Positions 11,542-22,252 are shown, counted from the stretch's first letter. The stretch: DNA of 64,000 nt from Phormidesmis sp. (GCA_965248535.1 CBDFJR010000002.1:2336001-2400000), one strand, 5' to 3'. Notes: generated from the sequence alone by a model not told the origin. Program-made: numbers and translations.

Positions 11542-11576
11542 AAAGCAGTAGTGCCGATCGGGCCTACTGCTTTTTT
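11542..11576 (+). terminator. Intrinsic terminator
   Basis: aaagcagtag/ctactgcttt stem plus T-run. Confidence 0.75.
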
Positions 11577-11701
11577 ATAGCGCAGGTTTATAGCGTCAGA
11601 CTTCTTATAAAATCTGCTCAAAAAAAAGACCTTCACGTTAAGCGGAGGTCAATAAATTGATTCAAGTTCTTGATCAAAGACTATTAGAAATTGGCACCTT
11701 T

Positions 11702-12073
11702 ATGCAAGAACAAATGGTAGATGTGATTCGTGAGTTGATGAAAACCCAGGGCATGAGCATTCGCAAAATCTCTGCCGAAATCGCGAGAGAACATGGGGGC
11801 AGCGCTTTGGGCTACACCCAGCAGATCAGCCGCATTTTGAACGATCCAGGTTACGATCCAAATTTTTCAACCGTTGAGAAAATTTTGACGGCGCTGAAAT
11901 GTTCGCTTTGGCAAACCAATCAAACCACGGATCTCAAACTTGTAGAAACTCGGCTTGATCGACTAGGCGACGATGTAGCCGAGATCAAATCGACGATCGC
12001 TGATCTCCACTACGCCCTATCAGAGATCAGCGATCGCTTAGAATTTTCAAACCTTACGACTCCTGAATCTTGA
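11702..12073 (+). CDS. XRE-like HTH regulator with C-terminal coiled coil
   Basis: GMSIRKIS...QQISRILND...PNFSTVEKIL pattern. Confidence 0.75.
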   Translation: MQEQMVDVIRELMKTQGMSIRKISAEIAREHGGSALGYTQQISRILNDPGYDPNFSTVEKILTALKCSLWQTNQTTDLKLVETRLDRLGDDVAEIKSTIADLHYALSEISDRLEFSNLTTPES

Positions 12074-12116
12074 CCAAGAGTGATAGAATTTCCCCTGTAT
12101 TGGCACACAACGCCCC

Positions 12117-12494
12117 ATGAGAATTCTGATTACGCCCCAAGAGCTTGAGCAATATCGAGCCGATCTCGCAGACCATCCTGCTGCTTTAGAGTCCCTGAGA
12201 GTCGTTGAAGACTGTGATGGCGATTTAGAAGACGCGGCGATCGCTCTAGCCATTCGCGCTGGGCAAGAACCTGACACCAGCGATCGCTGGCTCGAAGGCT
12301 TGGCCAAACGCTGGCGACACATTCTCTGCCACGCCGACTTAAAAGAGCAGCTAGAAGATGGGCTAACAGGGGCTGTGGTAGACGCGATCGCGGCAGACAC
12401 CGAGATTCCGACCAGACTTGTCACCCCGGTTGCCATCTATGTTCTCAAAACGGGAGTTCAAGGTTTTTGTCAGCCTCTAGCCGAAAAGTTGTAA
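12117..12494 (+). CDS. Hypothetical protein
   Basis: Clean 125-aa ORF (EDCDGDLEDAA motif). Confidence 0.75.
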   Translation: MRILITPQELEQYRADLADHPAALESLRVVEDCDGDLEDAAIALAIRAGQEPDTSDRWLEGLAKRWRHILCHADLKEQLEDGLTGAVVDAIAADTEIPTRLVTPVAIYVLKTGVQGFCQPLAEKL

Positions 12495-12623
12495 CCATTC
12501 ATCACAATCTCAGAAATTAGCGGCCGTCTACAATTTCGCCGTTACAATAAATCACGAACACGGGGCAAACATTTCGAGATGCGTTGAACTGCATCGAACT
12601 TTTGTGAGTGGACTAAGGCGACT

Positions 12624-13484
12624 ATGAAAAGAGAACTGAGACGGATCGAAGAGACATTGCACCAGATTGATCGGAAAACGCCCGCTTTATCAATGACAGG
12701 CGACAGTCAGGCTCCGTCTCGCTCTGGTTCGTCGTCTGCTGCACTCAAGCCCGTGTCTTTTGAGTTGCAGCCCAAGACCGCAAAAGTCAGCTCTGCTAAA
12801 GTCACGGCGTTGTCCCAACCTGCGTCGATCGAGACTCACTCGGCGATCGTCAAGCAGCTTTCGCCTGCGATCATTGACCCGGCTCCGTCGGCCATCCCTT
12901 CAGAATCACCCAAAGTTTTTGTTCAACCGTTTTCGGTCGAAGAGACTGGGGCAAAAGCGCCCAATCTGCCTAAGCTCAAGGCCCCCAGTTTTAGCAGCCA
13001 TCGGCATGGGGCAAACCCGGCTCTAGCGACTAATCTGCTCTACGAAATGCAAACGATCGTTGAAGGGTGGCAAACTGAGCTACACCAAATTTTGCGGCAA
13101 ATTCAAGATCTGTACTTAGAAGGGCCAATCGTTGATGGCTGGCTCGAATCTCACTCTCGCGAACCAGAGGTTGACTCGTCAGTGCTGCGCCATGCTGAAG
13201 TCGATCGCCTGATGGATTATGTAGAAGAAATCTGCTCAACGCCCAATCAGCCAATAGCCTGTGAGTCACCCCGCACGGGCTATCGGCTCTGTGGTCTTAA
13301 CCCTGACGGGCAGCTTTGGTCTTATCCCTGCCCGTCTGAGCAAGTGGCCAGTCTGAGTCTAGCGATCGCTCGTCATCAAAAACTTCGTCAGCTTTTAGGA
13401 CGCAAGCAAGATTTAGAAACTCGCCTCAATCATCTCGCGCAAACCCTCGTCATCATGCACAGTCACCTCAAAGAACAGAGTTGA
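12624..13484 (+). CDS. Hypothetical protein
   Basis: 286-aa ORF; disordered N-half, ordered C-half (LYLEGPIVDGWLES, YRLCGL). Confidence 0.8.
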   Translation: MKRELRRIEETLHQIDRKTPALSMTGDSQAPSRSGSSSAALKPVSFELQPKTAKVSSAKVTALSQPASIETHSAIVKQLSPAIIDPAPSAIPSESPKVFVQPFSVEETGAKAPNLPKLKAPSFSSHRHGANPALATNLLYEMQTIVEGWQTELHQILRQIQDLYLEGPIVDGWLESHSREPEVDSSVLRHAEVDRLMDYVEEICSTPNQPIACESPRTGYRLCGLNPDGQLWSYPCPSEQVASLSLAIARHQKLRQLLGRKQDLETRLNHLAQTLVIMHSHLKEQS

Positions 13485-13608
13485 ACCCGTCCCCGGAGAT
13501 CTAACTTCATCTCAACTTTACCCAGAATTCTACGGATCTTAATTTTACGGCTGTGTGTTGTGATGTAAGCAAATGACGAGCGGCGAATTCTTTTGCGGAA
13601 ATTAAATC

Positions 13609-14547
13609 ATGCCTGAACCTCAGGTGTCTGCCATTATTTGCACCCACAACCGAGAACGCTATTTAGGAGCCGCGATCGACAGTCTGCTCTCCCAAACCTT
13701 CGCCGATTTTGAAGTGGTGGTGGTTGATAATGCCTCTAGCGATCGCACCCACGAGGTTGTAGAGTCCCGCTTGAGCGATTCTCGCGCCTGCGCTATGTTT
13801 ACGAGCCAGTCACAGGTCTCTCAGTGGCCCGCAACACCGGAGCCAACCCACGCCAAAAGTGGCATCCTGGCTTACTTAGATGACGATGCGATCGCCAGCC
13901 CTCACTGGCTGCAAACGCTGTGGAACGCCTACCAGTCCAATCAAAAACTCGCGATCGCAGGCGGCAAAGTCACCCTGATTTGGGCCGAGGGCATGGTCGC
14001 TCCGGTCTGGCTCTCAGACGGGTTAGCCGGAAATTTAGGCGCTTATGACTTAGGCGCTGCCGTGCTTTATATCGATCGCCCCGGCCTCACCCCCAGAGGC
14101 TTAAACTATGCCGTTCGCCGAACGTTTTTAGAACAAATTGGCGGTTTTGACCCAAATCTGGGTCGAGTCGGCAGAAATCTTCTGTCTAACGAAGAACTGC
14201 ACATGACAAATCTGGCTCTGCAAACCGGGTGGCAAGTGGCCTATCTACCAGACGCGCTCGTTGCTCACCACGTCTCCCCCGATCGCGTCAGGCGAAGCTG
14301 GTTTTTGAGTCGTGGCTGGTGGCAAGGCATCAGCGAGTGTTATCGAGAACAAATTGCGGGCGAAGCAGGGGTGGGGCAATTTCAACGAGGCGGAGAGCGA
14401 CTGCTGCGGGGACTCTATAAATCAGTCAAATTCGCGGCAGATCCCGCTCAACGGTTTGAAAACCTGGTCTACAGCTATGGTCAAATCGGTTATCTCAGCA
14501 AAGCTGCCCAAGGGCTGATGTCGGCAAAAGCTTTGACTCGATCGTAG
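13609..14547 (+). CDS. Family 2 glycosyltransferase
   Basis: IICTHNR, VVDNAS, YLDDD motifs; 13783-13850 is read in a shifted frame (expected LRYVYEPVTGLSVARNTG is in another frame). Confidence 0.9.
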   Translation: MPEPQVSAIICTHNRERYLGAAIDSLLSQTFADFEVVVVDNASSDRTHEVVESRLSDSRACAMFTSQSQVSQWPATPEPTHAKSGILAYLDDDAIASPHWLQTLWNAYQSNQKLAIAGGKVTLIWAEGMVAPVWLSDGLAGNLGAYDLGAAVLYIDRPGLTPRGLNYAVRRTFLEQIGGFDPNLGRVGRNLLSNEELHMTNLALQTGWQVAYLPDALVAHHVSPDRVRRSWFLSRGWWQGISECYREQIAGEAGVGQFQRGGERLLRGLYKSVKFAADPAQRFENLVYSYGQIGYLSKAAQGLMSAKALTRS

Positions 14548-14762
14548 AAAAAACTCCCGCGATCGCATCCCAACCGATTTGCCCAGCCAAAACTTAAGAA
14601 ACCCCGTAAATTAGACTTGATTAATTTTCTCGACTAAGATCTATGGAACTATAATTTTTAAGCTCGATCGGTCTTTCCTGAATGCGTCTTTCCTAACCTT
14701 CTCAGGTTTCACTAGTGCACTTTTCGGCTACAGCTTTCTACCCACTCTCGACGCGATTTGCC

Positions 14763-16259
14763 ATGAATGCGATTCAGGTTTCTGACAACCCCGCGCCCCA
14801 GGCAGCTAATTCAGTCCGGTTGCTCATCCAAGATGCTTATAACCAAGGGGCCACTGCTCTCTATTTGCAGATTGGTCGCACGCCGTTTTATCGCATTCAC
14901 GGCAAACTGATCTCGCAAGACCATTTGCCCATTCTCACCCCCGATCGCTTCAGTCACTATGTGCAAGAGGTGCTAACCCCCGACCAACTCAAACACTACC
15001 GAGAAGCTCAAAAGCTCGATACCAGTGCTCAAATTCCGGGCTTTATGCAAGCGCGAGTCAACTGCGGGCCAACGACGCAGGGCGTGCAGACTATGAGTTT
15101 AAGCTCGATCGTCCTCGACCTGCCCAGTGAGCTAGAGCGCCAAGGCACCATCCGCTCTATGGTTGATGATGCCTGCAAAAAAGGAGCTTCTGACATTCAC
15201 CTACAGGTGGGTGAGGTGCCCCGCTATCGCATTCAGGGGCACATTCGACTGCAAGAGCAATATGGAGTCATTACGCCACAACAGTTTGAAGAGTTTTTGT
15301 CAGAAGTCTTGTCAGCCGAACAAACCGAGCAGTTTCGTAAACGACAGGAGCTAGATACCGCCATTTTCTATAAAGAATTGGTGCGTTGTCGAGTCAACTG
15401 TGCCCAGTCGGTGATGGGCGGCGTAATGGTGCTGCGATTAATTTCTCTAGAAGTGCCGACGATCGCCAAAATCGGGCTGCCAGACATCTTGAGCAAATTA
15501 GCAGAAGAGCGGCAGGGCTTAATCTTAGTCACCGGGCCGGTCAACTCTGGTAAGTCCACCACTTTGGCGGCAATGCTGCGTCACGTCAATGACTCTCTAG
15601 CGCGCAAGATTGTGACGATCGAAGACCCGATCGAATATGTCCACACCTCCAACCAGTGTTTAATCACTCAGCGAGAAGTCGGGCTGCACACCCAAGAATT
15701 TAAGGAAGCCCTGCGGGCCGCCTTGCGACAAGATCCCGACATTATTTTGATCGGAGAAATGCGCGATCGTGAAACCGTTGACACGGCCATCCGAGCCGCT
15801 TTAACTGGGCACTTAGTTTTAGGCACGCTGCACACAAAAGGCACGGTGAATGCCGTCAAGCGATTGCTCAACTTTTATTCGCCTGAAGAACAAGATATCG
15901 TCAGAATGCAGATCGTAGAAGGGCTGCGGGCAGTTATCGGTCAAGCCCTAGTGCCGACCGTTAAAGGAGGACGGGTCGCAGCTTTAGAAATTATGCTCAA
16001 CACCGATACAATTCGTGACTATCTGCAACGAGGCATCATTGATGAAATTTATCAATTGATGGAGGAGGGCAAAGATGGCTCTCAAACCCTCAATCAGGCG
16101 CTCTTTGACCTCTATGAAGGAGGAATAGTCAGTCAGAGCGATGCCTTATCAGTCGCGCTCAACCCTGAAGATCTCGGCTACATGATCAAAAACTATACCC
16201 GTCGCTCTAGTCGCTCAGGCTTGATGACGACCGAATATTTTAATAAGACTCCGACTTGA
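14763..16259 (+). CDS. PilT/PilU-family type IV pilus ATPase with duplicated N-terminal domain
   Basis: GPVNSGKST, TIEDPIE, LRQDPD, GEMRD, TGHLVLGTLH; two copies of the GA(S/T)xxxL...PxxRIxG N-domain; no AIRNLIRE motif. Confidence 0.9.
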   Translation: MNAIQVSDNPAPQAANSVRLLIQDAYNQGATALYLQIGRTPFYRIHGKLISQDHLPILTPDRFSHYVQEVLTPDQLKHYREAQKLDTSAQIPGFMQARVNCGPTTQGVQTMSLSSIVLDLPSELERQGTIRSMVDDACKKGASDIHLQVGEVPRYRIQGHIRLQEQYGVITPQQFEEFLSEVLSAEQTEQFRKRQELDTAIFYKELVRCRVNCAQSVMGGVMVLRLISLEVPTIAKIGLPDILSKLAEERQGLILVTGPVNSGKSTTLAAMLRHVNDSLARKIVTIEDPIEYVHTSNQCLITQREVGLHTQEFKEALRAALRQDPDIILIGEMRDRETVDTAIRAALTGHLVLGTLHTKGTVNAVKRLLNFYSPEEQDIVRMQIVEGLRAVIGQALVPTVKGGRVAALEIMLNTDTIRDYLQRGIIDEIYQLMEEGKDGSQTLNQALFDLYEGGIVSQSDALSVALNPEDLGYMIKNYTRRSSRSGLMTTEYFNKTPT

Positions 16260-16305
16260 AGCGATTAGCGCTTTTGAGCGTCCCGTTTTGAGATCACCGA
16301 TCGAG

Positions 16306-16332
16306 GAGGCATAACCCCTATGCCTCTTTTTT
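16306..16332 (+). terminator. Intrinsic terminator
   Basis: gaggcata/tatgcctc stem plus T-run. Confidence 0.75.
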
Positions 16333-16713
16333 ATGGCCGCTTCAAGAATGGCTCAAAGTTCTATCAGGCTGTCGCTTCAGCCAATTCTTAAGGTTTGAGA
16401 GATTGGATTTCTTTGCTCATACACTATTAAGGAATGTGAAGAAGTAGATAAGTGTGTGCTCAAAGATACAAAAGCGCCATCTTAGCCGACTTTAACCCTG
16501 ATGAATAGCGGAATCTGGGGCATCTCCGACGATAAATTACACCAAAAGTTAAAACATTCTGTTGCTTAAGTTCATCTAACTTAACAAACTAGGGTAATAT
16601 AGGGCGGTAGGTACAAATTCTTACAGCTTCACTTAGTTCCTACTGAATCCGTTAAAAAACGGTGCTTTACATCGAACAGAACTCTCTCCCTTCATCCCTA
16701 CATTTTTGTTCTC

Positions 16714-18321
16714 ATGGTGAGTACTCAATTTCCTTGGTTAACGACCATCACTCTGTTGCCCCTGGCAGCGTCTCTCTTCATCCCAATCATTCCCGACAAA
16801 CAAGGTAAAACCGTTCGCTGGTATGCTCTTGGCGTTGGTTTAGTCGATCTGGCACTGATGATTTATGCCTTCTGGCAGCATTACGACTTTCAAAATCCTG
16901 GCTTTCAGTTAGCTGAAACCTACGCCTGGGTGCCTCAAATTGCAATCAACTGGTCGTTGGCGATCGACGGTCTCTCAATGCCGCTAGTCGTCTTAACAGG
17001 GTTAGTGACAACGCTCTCACTTTTGGCCGGGTGGAAGGTCACCGAAAAACCTCGTCTGTTTTATTTTCTAATGCTGGCGATGTATAGCGCTCAACTGGGC
17101 GTGTTTTGCGCCCAAGACATGATCCAGTTTTTCCTAATGTGGGAAATTGAACTGGTTCCGGTCTATATCTTGATCGCGATTTGGGGTGGGCCCAAGCGTC
17201 AATATGCCGCGACTAAATTTATTCTCTATACCGCGATCGGGTCTATTTTTATCTTGATTGCGGCGCTAGCAATGGCTTTCTTTGGCGATCATGTGACATT
17301 TAACATGACTGAGCTAGGGCTGAAAGACTATTCGCTAACCTTTGAGCTATTGGCTTACGCTGGCTTTTTGATCGCCTTTGGGGTCAAACTGCCGATTTTC
17401 CCCTTTCACACTTGGCTGCCCGATGCTCACGGCGAAGCGTCTGCTCCCGTCTCAATGATTTTGGCAGGCGTTTTGCTCAAAATGGGTGGCTATGCGCTGA
17501 TTCGCATCAATATGGAGATGCTGCCCGACGCTCACGTTTTCTTCGCCCCCATGCTGGCCATCTTGGGAATCGTCAACATTATTTATGGGGCGCTGGCTTC
17601 CTTTGCCCAACGCAATCTTAAGCGGCGCATGGCTTACTCCTCGATTTCGCACATGGGGTTTGTGATTTTAGGTCTGGCCTCATTCACCGAGCTTGGGACG
17701 AGTGGCGCAGTGCTGCAAATGGTGTCTCACGGTTTGATTGCGGCGGCGCTGTTCTTCTTGGCGGGGATCACCTACGATCGTACCCACACGCTCAACCTCG
17801 ACGACATGGGCGGACTGGCGAAGAAAATGCCGACGGTGTTTGCGCTGTTTACAGTTGGGTCGATGGCATCCCTGGCGCTCCCCGGCATGAGCGGGTTTGT
17901 GGGAGAGTTGGCAGTGTTTTTAGGATTCACAACGAGTGATGCTTACAACTCAACCTTCAAGGCTGTCGTCATTCTATTATCGGCAGTTGGGCTGATTGTC
18001 ACCCCGATTTATCTGCTGTCAATGCTGCGAGAAGTGTTTTATGGTCAAGAAGGCAAGGCAGGCGCAGGAAAATTTTTGCCTGATGCGAAGCCTCGTGAGT
18101 CATTCATCGCGGCTTGTTTGCTGATTCCGGTGATCGCGATCGGGTTATATCCCAAGCTAATCACTCAAACCTACGATGTGAAGACCGTTCAGATCGCTGC
18201 CCACGTTCGGCATTCGATTCCTCTGGTTGCTGGCAAGCCCTTGGATGATCTGCCTCACTTCTCGATTGCGCCTACTTTTTCAAACTCTGTAACGAGTGAG
18301 CTTCTAGGAATCGTGAAGTAA
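16714..18321 (+). CDS. ndhD: NAD(P)H-quinone oxidoreductase subunit 4 (NdhD2-like)
   Basis: FPWLT start, [47 protein letters not shown]; paralogue assignment by recollection only. Confidence 0.95.
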   Translation: MVSTQFPWLTTITLLPLAASLFIPIIPDKQGKTVRWYALGVGLVDLALMIYAFWQHYDFQNPGFQLAETYAWVPQIAINWSLAIDGLSMPLVVLTGLVTTLSLLAGWKVTEKPRLFYFLMLAMYSAQLGVFCAQDMIQFFLMWEIELVPVYILIAIWGGPKRQYAATKFILYTAIGSIFILIAALAMAFFGDHVTFNMTELGLKDYSLTFELLAYAGFLIAFGVKLPIFPFHTWLPDAHGEASAPVSMILAGVLLKMGGYALIRINMEMLPDAHVFFAPMLAILGIVNIIYGALASFAQRNLKRRMAYSSISHMGFVILGLASFTELGTSGAVLQMVSHGLIAAALFFLAGITYDRTHTLNLDDMGGLAKKMPTVFALFTVGSMASLALPGMSGFVGELAVFLGFTTSDAYNSTFKAVVILLSAVGLIVTPIYLLSMLREVFYGQEGKAGAGKFLPDAKPRESFIAACLLIPVIAIGLYPKLITQTYDVKTVQIAAHVRHSIPLVAGKPLDDLPHFSIAPTFSNSVTSELLGIVK

Positions 18322-18340
18322 CCGTCTATCAGTTCAAACT

Positions 18341-18376
18341 AAAAGCTTGGAGGTCAGGTGTCTCCAAGCTTTTTTA
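18341..18376. terminator. Bidirectional intrinsic terminator between convergent genes
   Basis: aaaagcttggag/ctccaagctttt stem with A- and T-runs. Confidence 0.8.
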
Positions 18377-18398
18377 GTGGGTTGAAATCACAGCCCCT

Positions 18399-19067
18399 TT
18401 ACGCGGGGTCTACTAACTTTTGCAGCGACAACGTAGCGGATTGACTGACGTTAGAGTTGGAGTCTTTCTCTAAATACTTCAGGGCAGCAATGCTTTTCTC
18501 GCTGGGCAACTGACCTAACGCCTCAGCGAGTCGTTGCCGCACCAACCAATCTTCAGACTGAGCAAACCGGAGGATTTGATCGACTGCATCCACGGCTTTG
18601 ATTTCACCAAGCGCGGCGATCGCGGCCTGCTGCAACACCACTTCATCACTGTCCAACGCTTGAACCAACACGTCTCTAGCACGAGGATCTTTGAGGTTGC
18701 CCAGTGCCACTGCCGCGCTAAATCTCACTAACCAATCTGTATCTTCATAAAACGCTCTGACGAGTGGCTCAAGCGCTCGAATATCTTCGAGATAGCCCAG
18801 GGCACCTGCGGCATCAGCCCGAATGCCATAGTCTTTCTCAGACTCTAAAAGCTTAACCAGGATGGGATAGCACTCTTCGGTGGGCTTGAGTCCTAACGCA
18901 AAGACGGCCATTGAGCGAATTTGTAGACTCTGATCGTTCAGCACTTTTTTAATCAACGGCACAGCATCTTCGGCAGAGACATTTCTCAGAGAAGCCAACG
19001 CTATCATGCGATCGCGAGAGTTTTCGCTGTCTAGTTGGCTCGAAATTTGCTCTAGGCTGAGACTCAT
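18399..19067 (-). CDS. PBS lyase HEAT-like repeat protein (NblB/CpcE-like)
   Basis: Repeated xVRxxAAxALG units. Confidence 0.88.
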   Translation of the reverse strand: MSLSLEQISSQLDSENSRDRMIALASLRNVSAEDAVPLIKKVLNDQSLQIRSMAVFALGLKPTEECYPILVKLLESEKDYGIRADAAGALGYLEDIRALEPLVRAFYEDTDWLVRFSAAVALGNLKDPRARDVLVQALDSDEVVLQQAAIAALGEIKAVDAVDQILRFAQSEDWLVRQRLAEALGQLPSEKSIAALKYLEKDSNSNVSQSATLSLQKLVDPA

Positions 19068-19120
19068 AGTTTTCACAAATCTTTATATTCTTACGTCTAT
19101 TGTAAGCAACGCTAGGGCGG

Positions 19121-19330
19121 TTGATCAATCTTCTCGACACCAACCCCGGTAGCTACGCCAGTCTGGGCGACGCTCAAGTTGTCGATCGCCTTGCCAATCT
19201 CACCGATTCATCCGTCTCAAGTTGCGCGATCGTCCAAGGAGAATAGATTGACCTAGCTGCACGATCGAAACAGCATTAATCAACCCTTACGCTCATTCAA
19301 CATTTTCTCACTGGCATTCAATCCACGATC
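19121..19330 (+). pseudogene. Decayed VapC/PIN toxin N-terminal half
   Basis: LLDTN...VVDRLANL...SCAIVQGE*IDLAARSKQH* with two stops. Confidence 0.55.
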
Positions 19331-19409
19331 GGACTGCTGATGCGCTAACGTTGTTCCGATTTTCTTTCTACGAAATTTTCCCAATTTCTCCTCTAAATTC
19401 CTAAAGTGC

Positions 19410-19748
19410 TCAAACCCAAAACAGCGGATTGGGATAAAGCAGGATAGCAAGAAGACCGTCCATAAGCCAGTCATTAGAAAGGGTAGCGATCGAGCCATCA
19501 GCCGTGATGGGGGGCGGCAATGGTTTGAAGAAGTTAATCACTAGGGCCAGCCCGGCGGCGATCGCCATTGCCCCTAACCCAACTGAGAGCCAAACGAGGC
19601 TATCGTTTTGGGCTTTGAGTTGCTCGAATAGTTGCAGGGGCACTAATTGGTAGTTGATGCCCTGGTTGGTGACGATCGGAAAGTCTGTCTGAGGTCTGGG
19701 GGGCGGTGGATTCCACGGAATCACTCTAGGCTTTGTGATTTGGTTCAT
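19410..19748 (-). CDS. Hypothetical membrane protein
   Basis: 112-aa ORF with a TM helix (LVWLSVGLGAMAIAAGLALVINFF). Confidence 0.55.
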   Translation of the reverse strand: MNQITKPRVIPWNPPPPRPQTDFPIVTNQGINYQLVPLQLFEQLKAQNDSLVWLSVGLGAMAIAAGLALVINFFKPLPPPITADGSIATLSNDWLMDGLLAILLYPNPLFWV

Positions 19749-19773
19749 AATTTTGGGTGAGATGATTTAGACA

Positions 19774-19822
19774 AAAAAGGACGATCGCTTCCCGGCTAGT
19801 GGGGAGGCGATCGCCCTTTTTT
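19774..19822. terminator. Bidirectional terminator-like hairpin
   Basis: aaaaaaggacgatcgctt...aggcgatcgccctttttt. Confidence 0.6.
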
Positions 19823-19926
19823 AATTAGATGCAGCGATTGAATAGACAATGTAATTCTCCATAGGTGGTTTAAGTCTTCTGTGAAGCATCCAGGGAGAGT
19901 GAGCGCTCTGCCCTGGTTTTGAGTTT

Positions 19927-20181
19927 TTAGCGACATACCTCCCGGCGATGCCCGACGGCGACGACTGTGACGACTAGAACTTCGTCGTAGATTTCGTAGA
20001 TGACTCGGTAGCCACGAACGCGAATGCGGTAGGCATCTTCTGCTGACATTTTCTTCACACCCATTGGTCTAGGTGTTGTGGAGAGGCAGTCAACAGCCTC
20101 TCGAATCTCAAGTTGGATGTCTGATGGCAACTTTTTGAGTTGCCGTCGAGCAGATGAAGAGAACTCAGTCCGATAGGTCAT
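19927..20181 (-). CDS. RelE/ParE-family toxin
   Basis: ARRQLKKLP, PRPMGVKKM, YRIRVRGYRVIY, VGHRREV. Confidence 0.9.
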   Translation of the reverse strand: MTYRTEFSSSARRQLKKLPSDIQLEIREAVDCLSTTPRPMGVKKMSAEDAYRIRVRGYRVIYEIYDEVLVVTVVAVGHRREVCR

Positions 20182-20492
20182 TGGGGCAGCCCTAGCTCTT
20201 GCTTGACTTGCTCCCAAGGAATGGTGCCTTCTCGTTTCATTTCTTCACGAGCGGCGTGAAGGGCTTCAAGGTCTTCTTGCAGTTCGAGTGCTTCTTGTTC
20301 TCGCTGACGAGTGACGAATTCAATAAAGTGGAGAGCTTTTTCCTCTATCGGCTCTGAGTCTACTTCGGGTTGTTCTTGCTGTCGGCGGTGATTGAGGTAT
20401 AGAACAAAGTCTAAAACCTCGTACTGCACTTGCTCTGGTGTCTGTTTGAGTTCTTCAAGAAGCTCATTCAGAATGAGTTGTGTGATGTCCAT
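20178..20492 (-). CDS. Cognate antitoxin (DUF2281-like N-terminus)
   Basis: EVLDFVLYL and TIPWEQVKQELGL motifs; acidic; 4-nt overlap with the toxin. Confidence 0.75.
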   Translation of the reverse strand: MDITQLILNELLEELKQTPEQVQYEVLDFVLYLNHRRQQEQPEVDSEPIEEKALHFIEFVTRQREQEALELQEDLEALHAAREEMKREGTIPWEQVKQELGLPQ

Positions 20493-20635
20493 GTTTTGAC
20501 GGGGTTGTAATGGATATCTTCATTGTCTGACATGATTGGGGTGTCCTTTTGACGGGACGGGTCAGGGTCTATGACACGCTGACTTAAAAGTTTTTACCTC
20601 CTAATGAATCGTTGATAGCGCTGAAGTGTGATGGG

Positions 20636-20911
20636 TCACGCCTCAGCGCTTTTATTTTGCTCCTCCATATCGTCTGGGATGCCTGCTACATCAATCCCCA
20701 TATCCATACAAAGTTGCTTTAGAGGTAAGCGCAGAGATCGCGCTAACAAGACAGCACGATCAAGCCGTGGAAGGAACTTTCCAGTCTCCCAGTCGTAGAT
20801 GTTGCGTTCAGAGACACCAACATCTCTACCCACCTGAACCCTTGTCTTGCCTAGCTCTTCCCTACGTTTTCTCAATGGGGATTTCTCCTGAGAGTTACCT
20901 TTGTCAACCAT
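20636..20911 (-). CDS. XRE-family HTH repressor
   Basis: LRKRREELGKTRVQVGRDVGVSERNIYDWETG...PRL. Confidence 0.88.
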   Translation of the reverse strand: MVDKGNSQEKSPLRKRREELGKTRVQVGRDVGVSERNIYDWETGKFLPRLDRAVLLARSLRLPLKQLCMDMGIDVAGIPDDMEEQNKSAEA

Positions 20912-20915
20912 AACG

Positions 20916-20985
20916 TGAGGTGTACTTCATGAGGCATACCTCATTTTTAATCGAATCGCACGAAAAAACATGAGGTATGCCTCAT
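20916..20985. promoter_or_regulatory. Three palindromic operators TGAGG-N4-CCTCA
   Basis: 20916-20929 (imperfect), 20930-20943, 20971-20984, directly upstream of the XRE gene. Confidence 0.8.
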
Positions 20986-21132
20986 CTTGTGGGGTAAATA
21001 ACATCCACACGGGGCAGATTTGCCGTCCTCCCCGTGTGGCTAAAACTCATGATCCACGAGAATCACCCATCTGAGGAACCCAACCCCTCAGACCCCTTAC
21101 CGTGATTCCCTCTCGCACCCGGAGGCTTATCG

Positions 21133-21306
21133 ATGACCCAAGACGAAATGACCGTTTTAGAAGCAGACCATCAAGACCACGACGAACTCAAAGACAGAAT
21201 CGTGACTCTCTTTGAGCAACTGCCGCCCGATCGACAAGAAGCCCTGCTAGACGAGCTACAGCAAATCTTTGACCTCTGCGTTGAAGAGTCAGAAGAAGAA
21301 GAATGA
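21133..21306 (+). CDS. Small highly acidic protein (57 aa), below the ORF-track cutoff
   Basis: GGAGG at 21121; MTQDEMTVLEADHQDHDELKDRIVTLFEQLPPDRQEALLDELQQIFDLCVEESEEEE. Confidence 0.7.
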   Translation: MTQDEMTVLEADHQDHDELKDRIVTLFEQLPPDRQEALLDELQQIFDLCVEESEEEE

Positions 21307-21405
21307 CCACAAAAAAGCGATCGCGCTGCCGTCTGGGGAGTGCGAACAGCCTCGCTGCACGGGACGTGTGCGCCCAATGACTTTTGTTTTTAACGATCGA
21401 AAAAA

Positions 21406-21612
21406 CTATGCAGCTTGAAAAACTTTCGGCTCTGGTAGAGATTTGCCCATCGCCTGATACTGCTCTACCAAACTTTCTAGAACCTCCTGAGCATTCTGAA
21501 ATGCCTCCTCATAGGTATCGCCGTGAGTGTGGGCGTATGGGCCAAACTCAGGCAGGCTCACCACAAATGCCTGATCGACTTCAGACCACTGAATCAAGAT
21601 TGTGTATTTCAT
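21406..21612 (-). CDS. hicB: HicB-family antitoxin
   Basis: FVVSLPEF...THGDTYEEAFQNAQEVL...LPEP. Confidence 0.9.
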   Translation of the reverse strand: MKYTILIQWSEVDQAFVVSLPEFGPYAHTHGDTYEEAFQNAQEVLESLVEQYQAMGKSLPEPKVFQAA

Positions 21613-21836
21613 TCTTCCGATTCCTCCTTTTTCAACCTCTCCAGGTCAGCAAGAGCATCCATCACATCTTCCTCTTGATAGGGTTTAGCGTCCGCCCCAT
21701 CCTTACCAGAAATCGTAATCGGGTAGGGAAGCAATGGGTGATACCACATCGTGTGGCTACCCTTCCCTCTCCCCGGCTGGTAGACAAAGCCCACTTTTTT
21801 CACCAGCTTTTTTAACTCTCTGACCTTTTTGGGCAT
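21609..21836 (-). CDS. hicA: HicA-family toxin
   Basis: GKGSH motif, WYHP; 4-nt overlap with hicB. Confidence 0.9.
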   Translation of the reverse strand: MPKKVRELKKLVKKVGFVYQPGRGKGSHTMWYHPLLPYPITISGKDGADAKPYQEEDVMDALADLERLKKEESEE

Positions 21837-21946
21837 TCACTCGCACTCACGACTAGGCCCATTATCCCAACAAAAAAGCGATCGCCCGTTAGTCCTGGAG
21901 CGATCGCCTATTCATTAATCAAATTCATACAACCAAAGGTTAACCC

Positions 21947-22159
21947 ATGACCCAACTCACGGCCCAACTTCTGCTGCTCACGTCAGACCAAAAAGTCCAA
22001 CTCATTCACGCCCTGACTGAGCAAATCAGCTATCCCTCTGCCCACAAGCCCCTGGGCTTTCACGTCGATCGCCTGCCAGCGCCGCTAGAACCTCAGATCG
22101 CAACCCTGTCACCTGAGCAGAAGAAAGCCCTGATTCGCACGATCGTCAATCACATTTAA
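21947..22159 (+). CDS. Hypothetical protein with internal duplication
   Basis: LTSDQKVQLIHAL / LSPEQKKALIRTI. Confidence 0.6.
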   Translation: MTQLTAQLLLLTSDQKVQLIHALTEQISYPSAHKPLGFHVDRLPAPLEPQIATLSPEQKKALIRTIVNHI

Positions 22160-22252
22160 AAGCCAAAGGGCAGACCGCTAGCTACGGACTGCCCCTTTTT
22201 AAGGCTAAAGGTTGCCTTTTCTTTCTCTTGTCCATAAAACCTTGCCATCCCC

